Source: Heterodontus francisci (Eukaryota). From it: a DNA stretch of 64,000 bases. Shown one piece after another: positions 11,775 to 26,094 of this stretch. Location: contig NC_090416.1 of NCBI RefSeq assembly GCF_036365525.1, positions 15,162,945 to 15,226,944 of the forward strand. Reading direction: 5' to 3'. Positions within the stretch are counted from its first letter, which is position 1, and every line of letters begins with the position of its first letter. Made by a program: the position numbers and the translations under genes. A model generated the notes under the pieces. That model worked only from the letters and a program-made list of their open reading frames with translations. It did not search any database and was not told the DNA's origin.

Positions 11775-12345
11775 CAGAACCTTCAAACTCGAGCCAGGCC
11801 GTTCAGGGATGATGTCAGGGAGCATTTCCTCACACAAAGGGGAGTGGAAATCTGGAACTCTCTCCCCCAAAGTGCTGTTGAAACTCGGAGAGGGATCAAT
11901 TAGCAAATTCAAAGCTGAGGTTGCTAGATTTTTGCTGGAGAAGGCGATTAAGGGTTACAGAACCAAGGGGTTAATATACAGATCAGCCATCGTCTAACTG
12001 AATGGTGGATTAGACTGGAGGCCGCAATGATTTCAACCAAGTCCACTCTAAAATAAATTATCTGGTCATTATCTCATTGCTGTTAGTGGGATCTTGCTGT
12101 GCGCAGATTGGCTGTCTGTGTCCTGAAAGGCACTAAGACTGGCATTTCTATAGCGCCTTTCACAACCTCATGACTTCCCAAAGCGCCTTAGAGACAATGA
12201 AATACTTTCTGAAGTGTGCTCACTGTTGCAATGTAGAAATGCGGCCGCCAATATTAGCACAGCACAATCCCAACATCAGCCCGACGATAAATACCAGTTA
12301 CACTGTTTTTAGTGATACTGAGAGAGGGATAAATATTGTTCACAG
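11775..12345. mobile_element. CR1 3' remnant (+) followed by two oppositely oriented DeuSINE/L2-tail-like SINE fragments
   Basis: ISKFKAEVARFL-like end; CTGGTCATTATCTCATTGCTGTTAGTGGGATCTTGCTGTGCG on +; reverse copy with a GCATTTCTATAGCGCCTTTCAC tail. Family name from memory. Confidence 0.55.
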
Positions 12346-12637
12346 GAGATCTCTCTCTGCTCGATCAAAAGACAGCGCAGAGACGAGAATGTTGTGGTTG
12401 ACACAGGGATTGTTGGAAATGGAGAATGAAGAATACTCTTAAACTAATTTTTGGAACAGTTCCTTTCCCCCTGATGCGGAGTAATGCCAATTCTAACCTG
12501 TTTAACGTTTCTGGGTGTAAATATATCCAACATCAAATTCGCGAAATCGAAATTCATCTGCCGCTCGGCAATAAAATTGGCCATAAATGAATAAATAATT
12601 GAAACAATATGAATGATAGGATGAGGGAATTACTTAC

Positions 12638-12674
12638 TCCGCAAACTCAGGGCGGTCCCAGGTCCGAAGATCCA
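12638..12674 (-). CDS. Ig light-chain J segment, cluster A (WIFGPGTALSLR)
   Basis: FGxGT motif, GTAAGT donor at 12637, flanked by an RSS. Confidence 0.96.
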
Positions 12675-12713
12675 CACAGTGCAGCATTTTAATGGGACGG
12701 GTCACCTAAAACC
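12675..12713 (+). other. 23-bp-spacer RSS of J-A
   Basis: CACAGTG (12675-12681), 23 bp, then CCTAAAACC (7/9 match to ACAAAAACC). Confidence 0.92.
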
Positions 12714-13028
12714 CAGGCTGGGAAGAAAGAGGGGAAAATATTAATAATCTGTCCTTTATCACATTCCCTTTCACATTCTGTCTTTCACAGGGGCCGGAAT
12801 GCTGACAGCCTGCAGAAAGATTTTCACATATCAGTGAGGAAACCCTGAGAATATCAGTGTTTACCTACCCAGCTAATAGTCCAAATATTGGGGAAAATCC
12901 AAATAAACCCATGGAATTCCAGTGACATTTTCCTCAAGTTACATAAGGAATATTTCTGAAACTCATTCCACAGTCTCAGGCAGGAATATTTCAGTAGCTG
13001 TTGAAATTCTGAGTGGTTCTGTTGATAC

Positions 13029-13056
13029 AGTTTTTGTATTGCCCTGTCTCACTGTG
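13029..13056 (-). other. 12-bp-spacer RSS of V-A
   Basis: CACAGTG-AGACAGGGCAAT-ACAAAAACT on the minus strand. Confidence 0.95.
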
Positions 13057-13384
13057 TATGTCGCTGCTGAGCTATCGTAGGCAGCACAGTAATAGACGGC
13101 GGAGTCTTCCGGTTCCAAGCTGCTGATGGTCAGAATGTGACTGTTACTGGAGGTGTCTCTGGAAGGTTTAAAACGGTCCGTGAAGCCGGTGCCTCGATAG
13201 ATGTCATCATCTGGTTGGTGCTCTAACACCCACACCGGAGCCTCCCCGGGTCTCTGTCGGTACCAGTACATGTAGTAACTGCCCACATTGCCGTTCTGCA
13301 TCGCACACTTTAACTCGGAGGTCTCACCGGTGGAGACTGGGTCGGAAATTGGGGTCTGATTGAGGACAGGAACCGCCAGGACAC
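13057..13384 (-). CDS. Ig light-chain V exon, cluster A (germline, unrearranged)
   Basis: AG acceptor at 13386-13385. Reads (G)VLAVPVLNQTPISDPVSTGETSELKC...WYRQRPG...EDSAVYYCAAYDSSAAT; open frame with canonical Cys/Trp/Cys. Confidence 0.97.
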
Positions 13385-13526
13385 CTTCAACACAAAACAC
13401 AAGAGAGAGAAAAACACATTCAGTTTATTGGAGTAAATAGGTCATTCATACATCAATAAACATGGCTGTAAAACCGGCCCATTCTCGGTATTTAACGGCT
13501 AATCTGTGCCTAAAACAATCTCTCAC

Positions 13527-13575
13527 CTGTTAAGTGGAGCAGCAGGGCCCACAGGAGATGCATCACTGCAGCCAT
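13527..13575 (-). CDS. Leader exon, cluster A
   Basis: MAAVMHLLWALLLHLT-G, GT donor, 142-bp intron to the V exon. Confidence 0.95.
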
Positions 13576-13685
13576 TCCACCGGAAAAAGCGACAACAGCA
13601 ACTGCCCAAATGTCTGCCTGAACCTGTTGGTGTAAACTGGGAGAGCGGCTCCGCTTCCAGTGTCTGTAAACCAGAGACTCCGGGT

Positions 13686-13709
13686 CTATTTATTGCCCGG
13701 TATGCAAAT
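13686..13709 (-). promoter_or_regulatory. Octamer/TATA-like V promoter, cluster A
   Basis: ATGCAAAT at 13702-13709. Confidence 0.88.
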
Positions 13710-16384
13710 GAGTGGGAGGGGCCAGAAAAACCTTGGCGGCAGATTCATCTTTCAAGATTGGGTTTAAAATCTATTTGTGTTTGATTACATATTTGTTAAA
13801 ATCTTAACCTTTGCTTTGCCAATGTTTAATCGCCAATTGCAGTTTGCGTTGCGGGAAGGTTCCAATATCCGAAGATTTTTTGCGTTTAATAAATATTTCG
13901 TCTGTCCCTCCCCCAGAATCAGGAGGTGCGGGTTGTTGAGATACGAATTTATGGATTGACTTTGCCCTCAATCACGGGGGTAACGCGCTGTTAAGCTCTA
14001 ATCAAAACAGAAAGTGCAATTTCAGATTTCCAGCATCTGTAGTATTTTGCTTTTATTTTAGTGTTAAACTCTGAAATCCTGCTTCACATTTTAAAATGTT
14101 CCATTCCCCTAAAATACCCATGTCACAAGAGGCTGACACCCGTTTCTCTCAGTCAGCAGCAAGAGAAACCTACATTTATCCATCCCTTTTTAACATTTGA
14201 CCTCACATGGGATTTGGTCTTCAGCCTGTAAATAAATCTCGGGTGAAAATATTCCTGAGGTGGAGGAAAGGACTCATTAGATAAACGGGAAAGGGTGAGG
14301 ATGATGAGGGACATTATAGTCCCTGCTCCAGTTCACAGAGAAGTTGTTATATTACAGCCTGAGTCACTCCTTCTAAAACACAGCAGGACAAATAAAACTT
14401 GCCACAGTATTATTAAATGACACTTTGCCTTTAAGTTGCTTCTGGTCCGATTAAGATGCCCTTTTAAACCCTGTTGGATTAGCGACAGGGTCAGGATCTG
14501 TGATGTTGGAAACTTTAAATCTGTTTCGTGTAAATCCCTTACTCCCCACATTGAGTCTCAGTCCGCGTTTTTTAACAGACTGAGCGAATCAGGTTTGCAT
14601 CAGTTACTTGAGATCGAATGGTAAATGCATTAAATTGTTGATAAGTGGGTTGGTGGAGATATGAACTTGAAAGGGGAAATATTTTTGTTAAGTAATGACG
14701 TAACTATGAAGTGAGTTATTAGTGTTGTTGGAAAATCACTCCGAGCGGCGGGAAGAATTGACGCTCCCGGGAGCATCCCAGTGAATTTAGACAGAGATAG
14801 GTTCCCACATGGACAAGGAACTTTTCGGTGAAGATCAGACGCTTGTTTCTACGCTTGAACTGATCTGTTAACATTATTTAAGGGGCTGAGGTGCTCAGAC
14901 TGAAGCTTCTCTCTCAGCCTTGGACTGGGACCGAGTGCTTTCTTACTGCTGACACCGACACTTCCTGACTGGACAACCAATCACGGCAGAACACAGCTCA
15001 CACCGGGCACTGCACCTCGGGCAGCATTTGTTGCCTATCCCTAATTGCCCTTGACAATTGAATGTCTTGTTGGGTATTTCAGAGTGCAGTTAAGAGTCAA
15101 CCACATTGCTGTGGGTCTGGAGCCACATGTGGGCCAGATCGAGTCAAGATGGTAGATTTCCACCCCTAAATGTCATTAGTGAACCAGATGATATTTTAGA
15201 ACAATAAATGATGCTTTCATGACACCATTACTGAGACAAGCTTTCAATTCCAGATTATTATTTAGTAAATGTAAACTCCACCACGAGCTGTGGTGCAATT
15301 TGAACCCATGCCCCAATGCTTTGGACGTTTGCAATTCGTCCAGTGACATTACCACTTATGCCACCGCCTCCTCTAACAGCAAAGGCACTGATAATGTTGG
15401 CAGTCCTCAAAGTGGAAAAGTCACCAGCTCCAGATGGGATTCATCCTCATTTGCTGAGGGAAGTAAGGGTGGACATGACGGAGGCTCTGGTCACAATCTT
15501 CCAATTGCCCTTGAAAATAACTGGAGGCAAATCTTACACCGCGGTTTAAAAAAAGAGATAAACCCAGCAACTACAGGCCAGTGACCCTAATGTCGTTTCG
15601 CGGGGAAACGTTTCGAAAAAATAACAATCTAGGACAAAATGTATTGGCATTTGGAAATGTACGGGCTAGTAGATGAAAGTCAGCACGGATTTTATGTTTG
15701 AGTAACTTGATTGACTTCTTCGATGAAGACAGAGGATGATGTGGGCAGTGTATGGTGTTGTGTATGAGGACTTTTAAAAGACATTTGACAAGGTATCACA
15801 TTATAGACTTAATGGTAAATTAAAGGATTAAAGGGACAGTGACAGCATGGTTAGAAAGTCAGAAAGGAACAGAAAGCAGAGAATGGTGGTGAATGGTTGT
15901 TTCCTCGCCTGAAGGGAGGTATACAGTGGTGTTCCCCAGGGATTGATATGTTTCATCTACATTAATGACCTTGAATTGGATACACAGGGAATAACTTTTT
16001 AGATGACATAAAACTTGGAAATATTGTCAATAGCGAGACAGACAGTAATAAACATCAGGAAGATAGAGACACACTGGTGAAATAGACACATGGCAGATGA
16101 AAATTAACAAGTTGAGATCCGTGCCTTTATTGTCAGAAATGTGAAGTACAAAATGAAAGAAGTTGTGCTAAACCTTTATAAAACACTGTTTAGGCCTCAA
16201 CTGGAGTTCTGTGTTCAATTCTGGGGATGGCAATTTCGGAAGGACGTGAAGGTCTTGGAGGGCGTGTGGAGGAGATTTACTGGAATGGTCCCAGGGATGA
16301 GGGATTTCAGTTAATGTGGAGAGACTGGAGAAGCTGGGATTGTTCTCATCACAGCAGAAAAGGTTAAGGGAAGATAGAATTGAG

Positions 16385-16403
16385 GGGTTAGGGTTAGGGT
16401 TAG
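16385..16403 (+). repeat. Interstitial telomeric repeat (GGGTTA)3G, unit 2 copy
   Basis: Identical to 2930-2948. Confidence 0.85.
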
Positions 16404-18174
16404 AGAGTGCATGTCCATTAACCCTCTTTGTAAATGATATTCGCCTGGCCTCTCCCTCAGTTCTTGTGGGTATGATTTTAAATTCATAGTGACTCACCAA
16501 TCGCTGCAAACATCTCTGAAGAGAGAGAGAGTGATGATACAAAGCTCGGTGGAAAAATAAGCTTTGAGGAGGAGATAGAGAGGCTGTAAAGGACATGGAC
16601 CGGCTAAGTGAGTGGGTAGGAAAGTCGCATATGGAGTATAAAGTGGGAAAATGTGAAATTATCCACATTGATAGGAAGAACAAAAAAGTAGATTTTTTTT
16701 TAAAAGTTGAGGGACTGGAAAATGTTGGTATTCAAAGGGATTTGGGTGTCATTGTACTCAAATCACAGACAGTTAACATGCAGGTACAACAAGCAATTAG
16801 GAAAGCAAATTGTTTTGATAGCCTTTATTGCACGAGTGGTGGAGTATAAGAGGAAGGAAGCCTTTCAGCAATTGTACTGAGCTTTGGTGAGACCACACCT
16901 GGAGACATGCGCGCAGGATTGGTCTCCTACCTAAGGAAGGACACACTTGCCTTGGAGGGAATAGAATGAAGTTTCACGAGATTGCTTCCTTTGGTGACAG
17001 GGCTGTCCTATGAGAAGAGATTGAGTAGAATGGGCCAATACCCTATCGAGTTTAGCAGAATGAGAGATGATAACAATTAAACATAACATTAACAGGGTAG
17101 ATGTTGAGAGGCTGTTTCCCCCTGGCTGCAGAGTCTAGAACTAGGGAGTCACAGTCTCAGGATAAGGGCTTGGCCATTTCGGGCTGAGATGAGAAGACAT
17201 TTCTTCACTCAGAGGGTTGTCAATCTTTGGAATTCTCTACCCCAGAAAGCTGTGGAGGCTCAGTCCTTGATTATATTCAACACAGAGATCGATATATTAT
17301 TGGGTGCTGAGGGAATCAGGGAATATGGGGAACAGGCGGGGAAGTGGAATTGAGGTAGAAGATCTGACATGATTTGGTTAAATGGCAGAACAGGCTCGAG
17401 GGGCCGAATGTACTATTACTTATTTCTTTGTTTAAAGGTCAAGAGGTGAGTGTACAATCCACAAAAAATTCATTATTGATTTAAAAGCTACTGTAGGCGA
17501 TCAAACATTTATCCGTCCAGTTAAATCCAGAATGTTGATGATTCACATGGCCGAACAGCCAGGTTCCAGACTGGGTCTGAGAATGGCACTGAATGCAGCT
17601 CAGCTCAGGCCCTCGTCATCAACCACAGGGGACCTGGGCGGTGTTCTGAAAGCCTTATTTTAGATCCTGATACCCAAATTGAAGCTGTTTTTGGCTTGTT
17701 TGTGATGTGGTGCAGGTGTTGTGGTCACTCGCTGCAGGGAGTGGGAGAGGAACCCTGGGGAGGAACTGAAACCTCCCTGTTCACTTTCTGATAAGCAGCA
17801 GAGAGAAGCAGCATCTGGGCCCAGTTCCCCTGCTCTGAAACACACAGAAACAGGACGGAAATCTCAGAAACACCGTTAAACGGTTACATTCTTGGACACG
17901 TCACACATTTACAACAAAACAACCCATTATCTGGACTGGGCCCCTCAGGAGAACTGAACTGAACTCCTGCTTTAAAACACTCGTTAAAACCTACCTCTTT
18001 CACCGAGCTTTTGGTCATTTCTCCGAATGCCACCTTATCTGGCTCAGTGCAATTTTTATCCTCTGAAGCGCCTTGGGACGTTTTACTAAGATAACGGTGC
18101 GATGTAAATGCAAGGGTGACACATGTGCTCTCAGCATTGACCCACACAAGGTTAAGAAAGTTTCAGAAGCCCTT

Positions 18175-21100
18175 GTAGGGAACAGTATAGAGAGGGGGAT
18201 TGACACATCTTCCCTGCAGCAAAGAGCGAGAATCCCAAAGGCTGTGTGGCCTGCCCGGTGCCAGCGTTCAGGACATCTGCTCAGGGCTGGAGAGGAACTT
18301 ACAGTGGGAGGAGGAGGATCCAGTTGTCGTGGTCCATGTAGGCACCAATGACATAGGCAGGACCAAGACGTTCTGCAAAGTCAGTATGAGGAGCTCGGCA
18401 CCAAATTAAGAAGCAGAATCTCAAAGGTAATAATCTCTGGATTATTACCTGAGACACATACAAATTGGAGTAGGGCAAATCAGATTGGAGAAATGAATGT
18501 GTGTGGTCGAAGTAGGTTCTGATTCATTGGACACGGGCTAGGAAAAGTGGTGGCTGTCCCGTTGGGACAGTCCACACCTGAACCATTTCCGGGACCAGTG
18601 TTCTAGCGAGTCTTATAACTGGGGAAGTAGAGAGGGGTTTAAAATAAATAGTGGGGTAAAGACATCAAATTCGGAATTGTGTGGTCAATAAAAGAGTAGA
18701 GACAAGGCAAGAAAGAAAGACATAAATATGGGATAAGATAAACTGACTGTGACAGGAAGGGACAGTGAGTACAAATCTAAGAGTAAATCAGCAGACAAGG
18801 CCAGAGGTAACAAAAATAACAAAAGAAAACAAAATTCTGCATCTGAATGCAGGTAGCATTCAAACAAAACAGATGAACTGATGACGCAAATACAAATAAA
18901 TACGGAGGATCTGATAGCCATTACAGAGACATGGCTGCAACATGACATAGATTGGGATCTGAATATTGAAGGGTACCTGACATTCTAAGAAGGGCAGGAA
19001 GCTCGGAAAAGGTGGAGGGGTGGCCCTGTTAATTAATGATGATATTAGCAGAACAGAGAGGAATGATCTGTGTTCAGGAATTCGGGATGTAGAAGCGGTT
19101 TGGATCGAGATGAGAAATAATAAAGGCAAGAAGTTTACTTGTGGAAGTGGTGTGCAGGCTCCCTAACAGAACCTACTTGGTAGGATTGAATATAAGGGGA
19201 AAAAAATGGGAGCTTGTCAGAAAGGTACAGCAATCATCATGGGGGATTCTAATCAATATATAGACTGGGAGAATCAGATGGACAAAGGTAGCCTCGATGA
19301 GGAGTTCATGGAATGTTTTCAGGATAGTTTCTGACAACAGCACGTTCTGGAGCCAACCAGAGAGCCAGCTACACTGGATCTGCGATTGTGCAACGTGATC
19401 GGATCAATTCATGACCTCATAGTGAAGGCATGACTAGGCAGCAGTGATCATAATAGGTGTATGTTTTACATTTAATTTGAGGGAGAGAAGAGTGGGTCTA
19501 AGACGAGCACTTTAAACTTCAATAAGGGCATGAAAGCAGAGTTAGCAAAAGTGAACTGAGAAAGTAGGTTAAGGGATGGGTCAATAGAGATGCAGTGGCA
19601 GATATTTGAGGGGATATTTCAGAATACACAGCTTAGATACATTCCAACAAGAAAGAAAAATTCCAATAACCATTCGTGGTTAACTAAAAAAGTTCAAGAT
19701 AGTACCAAACTTAAAGAAAAGCCATATAATTGTGAAAAGATGGGTGGCAGTTCAGAAGATTGGACACAATATAAAAACACAGCAAAGAATTCCTAAAAGA
19801 TTAATAAGGAGGGAGAAATTCGACTGTGAAAACAGCTGGCTAGAAATATTCTATAGCAAGTAAGTCTGGTGATTAATAATGGAAAAATAAGGAGATGGCA
19901 GATGAATTGAACAGGAATTTTGCATCAATATCCACCTTAGAGGATTCAAGTGGCATCCCAGAAATAGCTGTAAATCAGGAAATGGAAGGGAGAGAGGAAC
20001 TCAAGAAAAGTACAATCACCAGAGAAGTGGTACTGAGCAAATTGTTGGAGCTGCAGACTGACAAGTCTCTGGGTCTTGATGGACTTCATCCTAGAGTCTT
20101 AAAAGAAGTGGCTAGTGAGATAGTTGATGCGTTGGATTTAATTTTCCAAAACTCCCTAGATTTGGACTGGGTTCCATTTGATTGTAAAATGGCCAATGTA
20201 ACTGCTTTATTCAAAAAGGGAGGGAGACAGAAAGCAGAAAACTACAGGTCCGTTAGCTTAACATCTGTCATAGAGAAAATGTTAGAAGCGATTATTAAAG
20301 ACGTTATAGCAGGGGCATTTAGTAAATTCAAGGTAATCAGGCATAATAGCTTTGCGAAAGGGAAATCATGTTTAACCAGTTTATTGGAGTCAATTCTTTG
20401 CGGGAGTTGCATGTGCTGCGGATAAAGGGGATGTATTGTTCTTAGATTTCCTGAAGGCGTCTGATAAGGTGCCATTTCAAAGGTTATTGCAGAAAATAAA
20501 AGCTCATCGTGTAAGGGGTAACATTTTGTCATGGATAGAAGTGTAGTTGAAGAAGTGTAGTTAGCTAAAACGGAACTGAGAGTAGGCAAAATGGGTCATT
20601 TTCTGATTGGCAAGATGTAATGAATGGTGGACCACAAGAATCAGTTCTGGGGTCCTAAATTTTTGCAATTTATACAATTAAGTTGGATAAAGGGGCTGAA
20701 GGTATTGTTGATAAATATGCTGATGACACAAAGATAGGTGGGAACATAAGCTGTGAAGTGGGAAGAAGGAACTACTAAGGGATATAGATAGGTTACGTGA
20801 GTGGGCAAAAATCTGGAAAATCGGGTATGATGTGGGAAAATTGAAAATTGTCCATTTTGGCAGGAAAAATAAAAAAATAAGCATATTATCTAAATGGTGA
20901 GAGATTGCAGAGGGATCTGTGTGTCCTCGTGCATGAATCACAAAAGGTTAGTATGCAGGTACAGCAAGCAATTTGGAAAGCTATTCGAATTTTGTTGTTT
21001 ATTGCAAAGGAAATTGAATAAAAAGTAGGGAGTTCATGCCGCAGTTATACAAGGCATTGTTGAGACCAGATCTGACGTACTGTGTATAGTTTTAGTTTCC

Positions 21101-21620
21101 TTATATAAGGAAGGGTGTAACTGCATTGGAAGCAGTTCAGCGAAGGTTTACTAGTCTAATACCCGGAATGGACAGGTTGTCTTATGAGGAGATTTTGGAC
21201 AGCCTAGGTTTGTATCCACTGGAGTTTAGAAGAGTAAGAGGTGTCTTGATTGAAACATATAAGATTCTGAGCTGTCTAGAAAGGGTAGATTTGGAAAGGA
21301 TGATTCCCCTTGTGGGACAATCTAGAACTAGGGGTAACAGTTTGTAGATAAGGGGTCGCCTTGTGGAGATGTGGAGAATTCTTTTCACTCAGAGGGTTGT
21401 GAGACTTTGGAATTCTCTTCCTCAAAAGGTGGTGGAAGCAGAGTCTTTGAATATTTTTAAGGTAGAGGGAGATAGATTCTTGATAAGCAAGGGGTTGAAA
21501 GGTGATCGGGAGGAGGCCGGAATGTAGAGTTGAGGTTACAATCAGATCATCCATGACCTTCTTGAAAGACGTAGCAGGCTCGAGGGGCCGAGTGGCCAAC
21601 TCCTGTTCCTAATTCGTATA
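18175..21620 (+). mobile_element. Long degenerate CR1-clade LINE, unit 2 copy
   Basis: Same motifs as 4720-8165. Confidence 0.9.
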
Positions 21621-23435
21621 TTTGGAAATCAAACATTCAGGTGATGAGCTGAGCTCAGGATAATCCTCAACTTTCACTTTTTGGTTTGGGAATAACCTCC
21701 ATTATACTCACAAGCAAACCTATGTAATTAGCAGGTTGCGCATTGCGCCCCTGCTTCAGTGCATTCATGGTACACAGGATTATTACGTCATGACGCAGGG
21801 TTAAAATGTAAATACGCTCGTGGTCACTCACACTAATCGCCTCCCACCACCATCCCTGCACATGCTCAGTGGTGACACTCAGTGTCTCTTGTTCTGAGGT
21901 CATTTCGCAGACATGATTAAACATATTCAGATTCCTCACTTCCTTATCCAGCCGCAGGGGAACAGGAGTAGATCCAAAGTGGATTATCTCACACTCCCCC
22001 ACATTGAGCGACACCTGTCACATTTCAGTCCACTCACAACCTGGATAGACCCGCTTGGTACTTACTGCTCACATCCTACACACGTTACTGTGTCTCCTAA
22101 CATAACACCGCCTACCAACCTGGATATAAAACACCCGACTCCTTCACCTGAGTCACTAATAAATATGATGGAAGGATTGAGGCCCCAGCACTAATCCCTG
22201 GAGAACCGTCCGTGCCACATACGGAGAACCTGAGACCTCCTATTTATCCCCACTCCCTGTCTCCTGCCTCTCAACCAATTTCCAACCCAAATCGAAAGGC
22301 TGCCTCCAATTCCATGTACGTCAATTGTGACAATAATCTTTAGTGTAGAACCTGATTTATGCCTTATCCAGAGACCATCCGGATAACATTTATGGACACT
22401 CCTTTGTCTAAGAATAGCAACGGCCTCAAGAGATGGAACTATATTAATCAGACATTATTTAACTTTAACAAAGCCATGTTGGTCCCTCTGTTCAGTTTAC
22501 ATTAAATAGTGTTCACTCTCACTATCCCCAATGACAGAGTGTAATAGCTTCCCTACAACTGATGTGACACAGACAGACCGGTAGTTACCTGGTTCCACTC
22601 TCCCACCCTTCTTAAATTATCCAATGTCTGAAGTACTGTGTACAGTTCTGGAAAGACTATCGCAGAAAGTGAATAATGGATGATGTGGAGACACACCAGA
22701 ATGTAACCAGGGATCCAAGTGTTAAATTATGTGGAACGATTACATAATCTAGGCTTGTATTGCTGGAATATGGAATGTTAAAGGCCGATTTGATTGAGAT
22801 TTGTAGGATTTTGAAAAGGATTGATAGGGTACATTGAGAGAAACTACTCCTCCAGGAGGGAGCGATGTCCTGAACAAGGAGACATGTTTTTAAAATTATT
22901 AAATCCAATGGGGAATTCAGGAGAAACTTATTTTCCCAGAGAGTGGTGAGAATGTGGAACTCACTACCACAGGGAGTGGTTGGGGCAAATAGCAGAGATA
23001 AGTGTTTCTGTCCTGTACTTTCATATAATGTTGTCTGGGCTGTAAACTATGCTCTCAGTTCCCTCAATGTCACTTTAAGTGTTGAATAAAGTTGGACCAT
23101 ATTAATTTCAGGTCAGCATTTCATCTTTATTAAGAGCTGTATGACACAAGTTCCCAAACACAACACGGTCACCGACTAAAGGGGAATCCGTTCCCATTTT
23201 ACACACAGCGGAAGTTTACACACAGGAAATTGGGGACAATTCTACAGGAAATTCCATGTCACAAAGTCAGACAATCATTTCACCCGCTTCTGATATTATT
23301 CAACATTCGGGTTGTCCGCCAAAAACTGACATTGCTACAGTGATTACATTGCAAAACAACAAAAAAAGAGGATTCCACATATTGAATAATATTTCATCAG
23401 CAATAACTCAAACTCTAAACCCCAGTTGCCCCCTC

Positions 23436-23764
23436 TCAGTCGGAACAAGCGGTGGAGCTGATGGTTTTGAGGAGAGGTGAGCTCAGAGAGCCGTGATCCA
23501 CACTGCAGGTATAGCTGGAGCCCTTATTCCAGGCAGTGGCGGGGACTCTCAGGTAACTGCTCAGGCTGTAGGTTTGATCACTGTCCGTGGACACGGTGCC
23601 TGTGGTCACCCCGCTGTCTGTCTCTTTATCATCCACTCTCCAGAGAACCCGCACGAAACCCGGCTTAAAGTGGCTCACCAGGCAGGACAGAGTAGCCCAT
23701 CCCGAGTCTATTTCTTCTGAGGAAGGAGGGAGCAGAAGAACTGATGGTTTCCGATCCTCACTAC
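23436..23764 (-). CDS. Ig light-chain constant exon, cluster B
   Basis: Same protein as C-A; two synonymous differences seen (TCC/TCG, GAC/GAT). Confidence 0.97.
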
Positions 23765-26094
23765 CTGTTTTTGAGGGAAAAGAAAATTCATTAATATATA
23801 ACCCATTCGCAGTGGGACACTCTGAGCTGAAATCTGATTGGATGCTGCATTAACTCTCCTTATTCACATTAACTTTAAACTGAATTACTGATCCATTCAG
23901 TAGTTCCAATAAATTCTTAGGTCTCTCGTTCCTGAGCTCATCTGCCAATTCATTTTCCTCGAGTACAACAGTGACGATAGTTCAAAATTACTTCATTTGG
24001 ATCCGAGGACCTTAAAACTGCTGCATAAATGACCGAATCACAGACTGGGAGGGAGCAGCGGGAGTCCATTTTGCCCATCGTGTTGGCTCTTTGAAAGAGC
24101 TATCCAATTAGTTCCCGCTCCCCCCCACTCTTTCCCCATATCCTTGCAAAATTTCTCAATTTCATGTATTTGTCCAATTCCCCTATTGAAAGTTACTATT
24201 GAATCTGTTTCCATCGTCCTTTCAGGCAGCGTGTTCCAGATCACAACAACTCGGTACGTTAAAAAAAACTCTCCTCATCTCCCCCTCTGGTTCTTTTACT
24301 AATTATCTTCAACCTGTGTCCTTCTGGTTACCGACCCTCCTGTCAGTGGAAACAGTTTCTCCTCATTTCCTCTGTCGAAACCCTTCCTGATTTTGAACGC
24401 CTCAGTTAAGTCTCCCCTTAACCTTCTCTGCTCCAAGCAGAACAATCCCAGATTCTCCAGTCTCTCCACATTAACTGAAGTCTCTCATCCCTGGTCCCAT
24501 TCTGGGAAATCTCCCTCCACACTCTCTCCAACACCTTGACAGTGTGATGCCCAGAATTAGACCCTATACTCCAGCCGGGGCCTATCCAGTGCTTTATAAA
24601 GCATTAATGCATCCACTTTGTTTTGTCCGCTCTGCCTCTATTAATAAAGTCCAGGATACCATCAGCTTTTCAAACAGATTCCTCAACGAGTGCTGCTTCC
24701 GACAAAGATTAGCGTACACACAGCCCCAGGTCTCTCTGTTCCTGCACCCTCTTTGAAATTGTATCATGAACAAGACAACCTTTCTTTCGGATAAAATAAG
24801 AACAGGGAAAGCTGCAACTACAGACCGGCTCAGTCAGTAAGTGTGAAGATTAGCAATTGGCCGCTTCAGATACAGTTCACAGCCCCGAACCCGCACTCAG
24901 CTGTCTGTACCCGATATAAACACTGAGCAACCGGCTGCATTTTCCAGCATTTCCACTTTATATTTACATATACATTTCCAATATTTGCTGTTTCTTTTTT
25001 GTTACCATTTGTATATAATGCCGCGTTTGCTTGTCTTAAAATGCAGTCAGTGTTCACGTTAAAGATGTGAATTCATGAAGCTGTGACCTGCTTTTCACTG
25101 AGTGTCCATATATTTTCTGACATCACAAACAGCGCAGATTCAACACAAAGATACCGGGGATAAAAGGGTTCAATTGAAGTCTTGAAGATGAATGTACTCA
25201 ATGACTGAGTATTCAAAGCGCCCTGTTAAAGCAGAACCTTCAAACTCGAGCCAGGCCGTTCAGGGATGATGTCAGGGAGCATTTCCTCACACAAAGGGGA
25301 GTGGAAATCTGGAACTCTCTTCCCCAAAGTGCTGTTGAGACTCGGAGAGGGATCAATTAGAAAATTCAAAGCTGAGATTGATAGATTTTTGCTGGAGAAG
25401 GCGATTAAGGGTTACAGAACCAAGGGGTTAATATACAGATCAGCCATCGTCTAACTGAATGGTGGATTAGACTGGAGGCCGCAATGATTTCAACCAAGTC
25501 CACTCTAAAATAAATTATCTGGTCATTATCTCATTGCTGTTAGTGGGATCTTGCTGTGCGCAGATTGGCTGTCTGTGTCCTGAAAGGTACTAAGACTGGC
25601 ATTTCTATAGCGCCTTTCACAACCTCATGACTTCCCAAAGCGCCTTAGAGACAATGAAATACTTTCTGAAGTGTGCTCACTGTTGCAATGTAGAAATGCG
25701 GCCGCCAATATTAGCACAGCACAATCCCAACATCAGCCCGACGATAAATACCAGTTACACTGTTTTTAGTGATACTGAGAGAGGGATAAATATTGTTCTC
25801 AGGAGATCTCTCTCTGCTCGATCAAAAGACAGCGCAGAGACGAGAATGTTGTGGTTGACACAGGGATTGTTGGAAATGGAGAATGAAGAATACTCTTAAA
25901 CTAATTTTTGGAACAGTTCCTTTCCCCCCGATGCGGAGTAATGCCAATTCTGACCTGTTTAACGTTTCTGGGTGTAAATAAATCCAACATCAAATTCGCG
26001 AAATCGAAATTCATCTGCCGCTCGGCAATAAAATTGGCCATAAATGAATAAATAATTGAAACAATATGAATGATAGGATGAGGGAATTACTTAC

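Larger units (their letters stand above)
1..13455. repeat. Tandem segmental duplication unit 1 (period 13,455-13,457 bp)
   Basis: The ORF track and sequence recur at +13455 (e.g. 51 to 13506, 4205 to 17660), drifting to +13457 (9979 to 23436). Confidence 0.97.

Noticed and set aside
12714-13028. D segment between V and J (heavy-chain or TCR-like)
   Set aside because: No additional heptamer/nonamer pair found; the 12/23 RSSs allow direct V-J joining, and C is a single exon without a transmembrane region.
12638-13384. Germline-joined VJ genes, as known for some cartilaginous-fish light chains
   Set aside because: Both complete clusters keep separate V and J with intact RSSs and ~380 bp between heptamers.
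12963-13400. ORF-track starts and ends for V and C (e.g. MFCVEG..., MSHFKPG..., 38317-38796)
   Set aside because: These are read-through into intron or RSS, or internal starts; true boundaries are set by splice sites and heptamers.
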